A DNA stretch of 55,089 bases. Source: Patescibacteria group bacterium UBA926. GTDB taxonomy: Bacteria > Patescibacteriota > Doudnabacteria > UBA920. The position numbers and the translations under genes were made by a program. Numbering within the stretch: position 1 is the stretch's first letter; each line of letters opens with the position of its first letter. Positions 48,797-55,089 of this stretch are shown here, one piece after another. The stretch is from the NCBI GenBank assembly GCA_002293685.1, contig DBDS01000004.1, positions 100,479 through 155,567 of the forward strand, in the 5' to 3' direction. The notes under the pieces are model-generated. The model had not been told where the DNA came from and made no database searches. It worked only from the letters and a program-made list of their open reading frames with translations.

Positions 48797-48933
48797 TAAT
48801 TATCTAACCTCCTTCTGTATATGTATCGAAACAACTAGCTATTGTACGATACTTTATAAGTTAAGTCAATGCAATGGGGATTGGACTGGAATTTAGATTG
48901 TTGTTAAAATAACCATAATTAAGAACAAAATGC

Positions 48934-49683
48934 ATGACTATTTTAATATTTTTGTTGCCGTTTCTGTTGATGTTGCTACTCGCATCTATCAAGCAAATCA
49001 ACCAATACCAACGTGGCGTAAAATTCACCCTTGGTAAATACACCGGCATTATGGAGCCAGGTTGGCGTATTGTGATTCCGATTTTTCAGAGTTATCAAAA
49101 AATCGACATGCGTATCAAAGCTGTCGACGTGCCGAATCAGGAAGCTATCACTAAGGACAATATCTCTGTAAGCGTGAACGCCGTAATTTATTACCGTGTT
49201 GCCAGCGCAAATAAAGCTGTGATCGAAGTTGAAAATTTCTATTACGCTGTTTCTCAGCTTGCGCAAACAACTATGCGTAACGTGGTTGGGGAAGTCACTC
49301 TTGATGAATTGCTTTCTAATCGTGTAGAGACTGCTGAAAAAATCCGCGCGATTGTCGATGAAGCCACCGATCAGTGGGGAGTTGTAGTGAGTTCTGTCGA
49401 GTTAAAAGATGTGTTGTTGCCTGAAGACTTAAAGCGAGTGATTGGTAAACAAGCAGAAGCTGAACGTGAACGTCGTGCTGTAATCATCAAAGCTGAAGGT
49501 GAAGTTGCTGCTGCGAACAATCTCGCTGCCGCGGCGAAGACTCTGTCTGAATCTGAAGGAGCGCTCCACTTGCGTACGCTTAACACCATCAATGACATAA
49601 GTTCCGATCAGTCGAATACTATTATTTTCGCCGTTCCGATTGAAGTTCTACGAGCTTTCGAGCGACATAATAAGAAGGAGTAA
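48934..49683 (+). CDS. SPFH/stomatin (slipin) family protein
   Basis: Q..ITKDN, AQTT.R.V.G, QAEAERERRA. Confidence 0.93.
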   Translation: MTILIFLLPFLLMLLLASIKQINQYQRGVKFTLGKYTGIMEPGWRIVIPIFQSYQKIDMRIKAVDVPNQEAITKDNISVSVNAVIYYRVASANKAVIEVENFYYAVSQLAQTTMRNVVGEVTLDELLSNRVETAEKIRAIVDEATDQWGVVVSSVELKDVLLPEDLKRVIGKQAEAERERRAVIIKAEGEVAAANNLAAAAKTLSESEGALHLRTLNTINDISSDQSNTIIFAVPIEVLRAFERHNKKE

Positions 49684-49818
49684 TAGTTTTCATAAGTGGA
49701 TAAATAACAAAAGCCAGATACGAATATCTGGCTTTTTGATTTTCTTAGCTCAAATTTGAGGAAAAATTAATCCGGACTTCAGGTTCCGTTTGTCATAATT
49801 CCAGTGTATAATTAATTT

Positions 49819-50136
49819 ATGATTGCGATGGCAAACAAAAAATCAGAATACGGTGAACTAATCGAGTTTTTAACTGATCAGTTTTTCAAAATCGAGGAAA
49901 ACTTTAGAAAGATTGATGAACGTTTCGACAAGGTTGATGAACGTTTCGACAAGGTTGATGAACGTTTTAACAAAATTGACGAGCGACTTGACCGTCTTGA
50001 AAATGGTCAAGATCATATTTTGGGAGAACTGCAGAAGTTGCAGTTGGAAAATACAGTGGGTGTGCACCGCTCTCACCGCATGGAAGAATGGATAATCAAG
50101 GCTTCCAAGAAAATTGATGTTCCGTATAAACCGTAA
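49819..50136 (+). CDS. Small coiled-coil protein with RFDKVDE heptad repeats
   Basis: 21-bp tandem repeats at ~49913-49990. Confidence 0.7.
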   Translation: MIAMANKKSEYGELIEFLTDQFFKIEENFRKIDERFDKVDERFDKVDERFNKIDERLDRLENGQDHILGELQKLQLENTVGVHRSHRMEEWIIKASKKIDVPYKP

Positions 50137-50154
50137 AACAGCCTCACGGCTGTT

Positions 50155-50901
50155 TTAAATTTGATAATCACCAATCGAAGTTCGCTTTAGCTGATAGAGC
50201 AGTGCTGGGCAATTTAATTTCTTACCGAGCTCGACCGCGAGAGTGCGAATGTATGTTCCGCTGGAGACTTGGAAGTTAATATCTAGAATAGTTAGCTCGT
50301 CGCCTGATTTAAACTGCTGGTTTAACTTCTCCCACGAATTGAAAACTTCTGTTTGTCTGAAATCGCCGGACAGTTTATTAATAGCGGTAGTTGCGTATTG
50401 AAATATATTTTTCCATTGTTCGGGGGAGTTGCTAGTAAGTTCCGCGGATAATACCGTCATCTCACGAGTAGGGATTGTAATCTGATCTTGCTTGTTTTCT
50501 TTGGTCCACAACCAAAGCGGCTTGCCATCTACAGTCTTGGACGAAAATGCAGGATAAGGGAGTTGGTGTATACCAATCAGTGAGCTCACAGCGGTTTGAA
50601 TTTCGAATTCGGTTGGCCGTGTAAATTCTTCAGAAGAAACCAAACCCAAAATATCATAGCTATCCGAATTCACGCCGAGCAATATCTTCGCTTCGTAAGT
50701 TTTAGGCAAAGCCAAAAATTGTTCCTTTTGGTGCACAGCATCGCCGATTAATAATAACAACAATCCTTCGGCCATCGGATCGAGTCGGCCTGCGTAAGTG
50801 ATTGACTTATTAGCAAGTTCTGGGTGTTGTTCGCGCAAAGCATCGATTGCTTCAAGCGGTGTTTGCCCTAGTAATTTATTTACAACAACAACTTCATTCA
50901 T
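50155..50901 (-). CDS. truB: tRNA pseudouridine synthase, TruB-like
   Basis: YAGRLDPMAEGLL, K.Y, SSGTYIRTL, L.R..IG. Confidence 0.85.
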   Translation of the reverse strand: MNEVVVVNKLLGQTPLEAIDALREQHPELANKSITYAGRLDPMAEGLLLLLIGDAVHQKEQFLALPKTYEAKILLGVNSDSYDILGLVSSEEFTRPTEFEIQTAVSSLIGIHQLPYPAFSSKTVDGKPLWLWTKENKQDQITIPTREMTVLSAELTSNSPEQWKNIFQYATTAINKLSGDFRQTEVFNSWEKLNQQFKSGDELTILDINFQVSSGTYIRTLAVELGKKLNCPALLYQLKRTSIGDYQI

Positions 50902-50974
50902 TTGTTAATTTTAGCTGAGTCAACAGAGAAGAGGAAGAGTTTCGGTTTGCTTAACTCGATGATATAATCAAAGT

Positions 50975-51514
50975 ATGAATAATGGCTTGAAAACAGCAGT
51001 TTTTGCAGGGGGCTGTTTCTGGTGCACTGAAGCGGTTTATCAGAAGCTACGTGGCGTTACTGAAGTTATTCCAGGGTATACTGGTGGTCAGACGCAGAAC
51101 CCAACTTACGAGCAAGTTTCGAGTGGAGCAACAGGACACGCCGAAGCCATTCAATTTACTTTTGATCCCGGGCAAATTAGTTACGAAGATTTATTAAACG
51201 TGTTTTTCGCGACTCACGACCCGACTACATTGAATCGACAAGGAAATGACGTGGGCCCTCAATACCGCTCCGTCATTTTTTACACAAATGATGAACAGAA
51301 ACAACAAGCCGAAAAATTCGTTGCACAGTTAAGCGAAGATAAAGTTTTTCCCAATCCAATTGTTACTACAATTGAACCGCTAGGCGAATTTTACGAAGCA
51401 GAGGATTATCATAAAAATTATTACGAACGAAATTCAGGACAAGCATATTGTCAGTTAGTAATTTCACCCAAACTACATAAACTAAAAGAAAAGTTTGCGT
51501 CATTAATAAACTAA
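50975..51514 (+). CDS. msrA: Peptide-methionine (S)-S-oxide reductase
   Basis: GGCFWC, GHAE, AEDYH..Y. Confidence 0.97.
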   Translation: MNNGLKTAVFAGGCFWCTEAVYQKLRGVTEVIPGYTGGQTQNPTYEQVSSGATGHAEAIQFTFDPGQISYEDLLNVFFATHDPTTLNRQGNDVGPQYRSVIFYTNDEQKQQAEKFVAQLSEDKVFPNPIVTTIEPLGEFYEAEDYHKNYYERNSGQAYCQLVISPKLHKLKEKFASLIN

Positions 51515-51515
51515 A

Positions 51516-52202
51516 ATGAAGTTAAAATGTCCTGCTTGTAATGTGCAAATGAGTCATGTGAACACTCACTCACATTATAAAATTCCAATCGAGTTGGATC
51601 AGTGTAAAAAATGTGGAGGGGTTTGGTTTGATTCGTCAGAGTTATTTACTTCTCACTTTGAAGCTCATAAAGATTTACATGAAATTAACTCTAAACTGTT
51701 AAGTAAGGGAGTAATTCTGAAAAGTGATAAGTTACTTTGCCCAAGAGATAAAGTCCAGTTAAAGAGATATAAAGACTCGTCTTTTCCAGAAGAATTATTA
51801 TTGGAAAGTTGTGAAGTTTGTAACGGATTTTTTTTCAATCGAGTACACTTTGCGAATTATCAAAAGCTGCGTGTCAAAAAAGCCGTTGTCAAAGATATTT
51901 CCGACGATGCTTTAAAAGCAAAGATTCAGGTTTTACTGGAAGGACAGTCTGATAAAGCGTTTAATCAGACTATTGAAAAGGTTTCAAAAACATTAAAAAA
52001 ACCAGTTCCACCTATCGCCATTGCGTCATATGCACTTTTTGGTTTACCCGTCTTTATCTTATTCGCACTGACTATAGTTTTTAAAGAATTATTATTTAGC
52101 CTTTCGGGTTCTGATGTTAGGCTTAGAAAATCGAAGCACAAAGAAAAAAAACTTGCTTCAATGGTAGATTTCATTTTGACACCTGAGAATACTAAGAAGT
52201 AA
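51516..52202 (+). CDS. Tandem zinc-ribbon (zf-TFIIB-like) protein with C-terminal TM
   Basis: CPAC..CKKCGGVWFD; CPRD..CEVCNG. Confidence 0.75.
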   Translation: MKLKCPACNVQMSHVNTHSHYKIPIELDQCKKCGGVWFDSSELFTSHFEAHKDLHEINSKLLSKGVILKSDKLLCPRDKVQLKRYKDSSFPEELLLESCEVCNGFFFNRVHFANYQKLRVKKAVVKDISDDALKAKIQVLLEGQSDKAFNQTIEKVSKTLKKPVPPIAIASYALFGLPVFILFALTIVFKELLFSLSGSDVRLRKSKHKEKKLASMVDFILTPENTKK

Positions 52203-52206
52203 AATT

Positions 52207-52539
52207 ATGACCGTCACACCAAGCTTTATAGAATATGTTTTGGTAGATTTGTTTGCGGGTGACCCTGCGATTACAGCGCGCCCGATGTTTGGTGCCGTTG
52301 GATTATATTTTGAGGGTAAAATTTTTGGAATCATTTCTGCGGATCAAGTTTACTTCAAAGCAGATAAATCGAATATTCGTAGCTTTGTCTCACGTGGAAG
52401 CGAACAATTTTCCTATATGAAAAATGGCATTGAGCATAGATTGCCATATTGGTTGTTACCAGCGGAAATTTTGGAAAATCCTCACTTGTTAATGAAGTGG
52501 GCAAAGAAATCCTCTATGATAGAATTAAATAGTAATTAA
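52207..52539 (+). CDS. TfoX/Sxy N-terminal domain protein
   Basis: RPMFG..GLY, YFK, YW..P. Confidence 0.88.
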   Translation: MTVTPSFIEYVLVDLFAGDPAITARPMFGAVGLYFEGKIFGIISADQVYFKADKSNIRSFVSRGSEQFSYMKNGIEHRLPYWLLPAEILENPHLLMKWAKKSSMIELNSN

Positions 52540-52549
52540 TTATAATTTT

Positions 52550-52918
52550 ATGAAACTAATTTTTCACTGGATTGTTTCCACTATCGCGATTTTAATCGCA
52601 GCTTACTTAATTCCTAATGTGGAAGTTGATACTTTTGTCACAGCGTTAATTTTGGCTGTTGTGCTTGGCGCTCTAAATATGTTGGTCAAACCAATTTTGC
52701 TTCTACTAACTTTCCCGATTACCATAATTACTTTAGGATTGTTCACAATTGTTATCAACGCCGCTTTAGTTTGGTTGGCTCAGTTGGTCGTTCCAGGATT
52801 CACTATCCAAAATTTTGGCTGGGCAATATTGTTCGCTCTTGTGCTATCAATTATTAATTTGGTGTTCCGACAGATGAACCGTTCAGATGACAAGCCAAGT
52901 TTTCGGGTGAATAATTAA
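52550..52918 (+). CDS. YvlD/4-TMS holin-like membrane protein
   Basis: N.LVKPIL..LTFP....TLGLF..VINA. Confidence 0.88.
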   Translation: MKLIFHWIVSTIAILIAAYLIPNVEVDTFVTALILAVVLGALNMLVKPILLLLTFPITIITLGLFTIVINAALVWLAQLVVPGFTIQNFGWAILFALVLSIINLVFRQMNRSDDKPSFRVNN

Positions 52919-52974
52919 TTGAGCCATTCCTTATTGTGGATTCGGATAGTAATTTTGTAATAACATTAGACTAG

Positions 52975-53051
52975 TTAGTACCCCCGGAAACCCGAAGGGT
53001 TATCCGGGGTCCAATCAATTCAGACCCCGGGTCTTCGCCCGGGGATACTAA
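52975..53051. repeat. AGTA(T)CCCCGG-family inverted doublet
   Basis: TTAGTACCCCCGG..CCGGGGTCC / GACCCCGGG..CCCGGGGATACTAA. Confidence 0.8.
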
Positions 53052-53078
53052 TCTTTCAGCAAGGAATGACACAATAGC

Positions 53079-53480
53079 ATGGATACAATAATAAAATCTG
53101 AAGATGAGTGGCGGAAGGATTTAACTCCTGAGCAGTATGCTATCTTGCGTGAGAAGGGCACCGAGCTACCGTTTACAGGAAAGTATGTAGATAATCACGA
53201 TGAAGGTTTTTATACCTGTGCTGCGTGTGGTCAGCAGTTGTTTTCTTCAGAAGCAAAGTTCGATTCTGGTACAGGTTGGCCAAGTTTCACTGACCCGATG
53301 AACTTAGAGCACGTGGAATTACTTGCTGATAATTCGCATGGTATGCGACGAACTGAGGTTATTTGTAAGCGCTGTGGTTCTCATCTTGGCCATTTGTTTA
53401 ACGACGGGCCGATAGATAAGGGTGGTAATCGTTACTGTATAAACTCCTGCGCATTAAATTTCGAAAAAAGTGACACGTAG
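53079..53480 (+). CDS. msrB: Peptide-methionine (R)-S-oxide reductase
   Basis: [25 protein letters not shown]. Confidence 0.97.
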   Translation: MDTIIKSEDEWRKDLTPEQYAILREKGTELPFTGKYVDNHDEGFYTCAACGQQLFSSEAKFDSGTGWPSFTDPMNLEHVELLADNSHGMRRTEVICKRCGSHLGHLFNDGPIDKGGNRYCINSCALNFEKSDT

Positions 53481-53660
53481 TGTCATCCCTGGCGAGCCTG
53501 AGTAAGCGAAGGCGAGACCGGGGATCCAATGATAGATTCACTGTAAGCGCTTTGCGGTTCCGGGAATGACAGAGTTTCGTGATATAATACTCAAGTTATT
53601 AAAGATTAGATTCCGGATAGTTCAATCCCGCGTTGCGGGATTTTCGCTTCCGGAATGACA
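53480..53660. repeat. GTCAT-family REP doublet plus a single inverted unit
   Basis: GTGTCATCCCTGG..GGGATCCA..CCGGGAATGACA; AGATTCCGG..CCGGAATGACA. Confidence 0.8.
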
Positions 53661-53669
53661 AGGGAGTTT

Positions 53670-54020
53670 ATGAACGAATTACAAACAGTCTTTGGACGCA
53701 TGAAAGAAACGCGTCAGAAGCAAAAAGAAATCCGCGCGATGTATAAAGATCAACTAGTGGGAAATCAGGAATATCAGAACATCATAGATAAATTGAACGA
53801 GCTCAAAGAAAAGAAAAAAATGATTGAGAACGAGATTCAGAATGAAATGGAAGCGGACTTTCAAAAATTAGATGCCTATAAAATGCACTTGGTGAACGAT
53901 CAAGAACTTTTAGCCGACCTAGCATTAAATCAATTGGTGTCTGGTGAGACTGTAGAAATTGTTGACGAGAATGATCAAAAGTATGAACCAATCTTCAGCG
54001 TTAAATTCAAAAAAGTTTAA
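53670..54020 (+). CDS. Hypothetical coiled-coil protein
   Basis: AGGGAG before ATG at 53670; YEPIFSVKFKK C-terminus. Confidence 0.75.
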   Translation: MNELQTVFGRMKETRQKQKEIRAMYKDQLVGNQEYQNIIDKLNELKEKKKMIENEIQNEMEADFQKLDAYKMHLVNDQELLADLALNQLVSGETVEIVDENDQKYEPIFSVKFKKV

Positions 54021-54060
54021 TACTACTAAAAAACCTCTCAACCTTTTCCGGTTAGAGGTT

Positions 54061-54357
54061 TTGCGTTTGATTACAGAATACACTTCGGAGTTAAATGTTC
54101 AGTGTAAGCAGATCAAACTGAAGTCTCTTCGCAGCAGATGGGGGAGTTGCACGCGCGCTGGTGTGATTACAATCAATCTCAAACTGAACGAACTGCCTTC
54201 CGAACTACTTTCTTATGTTGTGTATCACGAATGCTTGCATCTAATTTATCACAACCACGGCGCGGAGTTTCAATCAAAGCTCTCTTCAAAATTTCCTCAG
54301 AAGAGGGAATTAAATAAAGCTCTGAAAGTTTTAGGAACTCAGTTACTTCGCAAATAA
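54061..54357 (+). CDS. YgjP/DUF45 metallopeptidase-like C-terminal domain (short or truncated)
   Basis: RWGSC, YVVYHECLHL..HNH...F; no clear N-terminal domain or ATG. Confidence 0.6.
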   Translation: MRLITEYTSELNVQCKQIKLKSLRSRWGSCTRAGVITINLKLNELPSELLSYVVYHECLHLIYHNHGAEFQSKLSSKFPQKRELNKALKVLGTQLLRK

Positions 54358-54389
54358 AAAACCGTCCTTTATACGAAGGGCGGTTTTTC

Positions 54390-54462
54390 TGGATCCCGGA
54401 TAGCCCTTCGGGCTTCCGGGATGACATTTGAGGTTCGGGCTTCCGGGATGACATTTGAGGTT
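54390..54462 (-). repeat. REP unit with a 27-bp tandem duplication
   Basis: (TTCGGGCTTCCGGGATGACATTTGAGG)x2. Confidence 0.88.
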
Positions 54463-54495
54463 AGGACTAATGAGGGCAGGACGCGGTAAATTGTA

Positions 54496-54999
54496 TTAGA
54501 GTACTTCGAATGAAGTCATTACTGCTGAACCTTCAGACATTACCGGTAAATCGGTTGTGGCGCTGAATCTACCATCGCCATCATCGTAATGAAGCATTGC
54601 GATGTAAGTTTTCCCACTAGAAATATTTACATTAAGTTCTAAATCTTGACCACGATTATTTGTAAGTAATCCAGATTGGCCGATGATTCTTCCTGCACTG
54701 CCATCCGCATTGGCTTCATGAATTACAATGAAGCCTGGTCGGCTAAGTACAAAATTATCTACTGTTACGAAACTTCCAGCGGATTGACTTGAAACAGCAA
54801 CCGCATCGCCATTAGGAAGTTGGTTAGTAGCGCTTCCTTCTGGGATTGGTTGATTAGGATCATCCATAGGGACTTCTTCGGTGTTTGAATCGTTAGTGTT
54901 AGTTGGAGCGGTGGCTTCGTTGCCTTGAGTGACAAACCACCAGACAAGAACGACTCCTAGAATGACTGCGATTGCAATCCAGATATTTTTATTGTTCAT
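54496..54999 (-). CDS. Membrane-anchored hypothetical protein with a beta-rich C-terminal domain
   Basis: N-terminal TM, low-complexity linker, GFIVIH..G.IIG.S..L, AMLH.DDGDG.F. Confidence 0.75.
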   Translation of the reverse strand: MNNKNIWIAIAVILGVVLVWWFVTQGNEATAPTNTNDSNTEEVPMDDPNQPIPEGSATNQLPNGDAVAVSSQSAGSFVTVDNFVLSRPGFIVIHEANADGSAGRIIGQSGLLTNNRGQDLELNVNISSGKTYIAMLHYDDGDGRFSATTDLPVMSEGSAVMTSFEVL

Positions 55000-55089
55000 A
55001 TTTTTAAGATTAATTGTATATACATTATAGCACTATATTTTTCGAGTTATTTGTGGAGATTATTATACTACGTATTCTTAACAATAGCT

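Noticed and set aside
49913..49990. 21-bp tandem repeats
   Set aside because: Ordinary coiled-coil heptad coding repeat, not linked to the REP units
375..54947. Numerous short ORFs overlapping long genes on the opposite strand or in other frames
   Set aside because: Shadow ORFs of well-supported genes, with no motifs or initiation signals
1..55089. Alternative genetic code (UGA=Gly), DGR/retron, or prophage
   Set aside because: TGA terminates mrdA, folD, greA and serS at expected lengths; no reverse transcriptase, integrase or phage structural genes seen

Overview
AT-rich bacterial chromosome segment using genetic code 11 (TGA is a stop). It probably comes from a Patescibacteria/CPR (Parcubacteria-like) genome; this is inferred from gene content, SD-less core genes and CPR-type proteins. 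The left half is housekeeping and envelope genes: frr-rseP-proS-mreBCD-mrdA-folD, greA, lysS-ITPase-serS-murF-ftsQ-like, two GT-C glycosyltransferases, GT2/WecA-like genes, rplU, rfbBCDA, two GT2s and a sortase. The right half holds secreted proteins (S8 protease, putative cell-wall hydrolase), a flippase, an ECF sigma/anti-sigma pair, many small stress genes (tspO, rhodanese, BI-1, SPFH, msrA, msrB) and an AT-rich island at about 43.4-47.5 kb. The island carries a HaeIII-type R-M pair and an IS1595 transposase remnant. It also has an unannotated minus-strand unit of about 700 nt made of three long helices, which enclose a small hairpin, a 46-aa SD-led ORF, and a 93-nt tRNA with a Thr anticodon (AGU) on a long-variable-arm body. 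This unit is the best candidate for an undescribed system. Several palindromic REP/MITE-like families are scattered through the window. Some are inserted in frame in proteins, some coincide with local tandem duplications, and one sits against -35 promoter boxes. All assignments come from reading the sequence by eye; no searches or folding programs were run.
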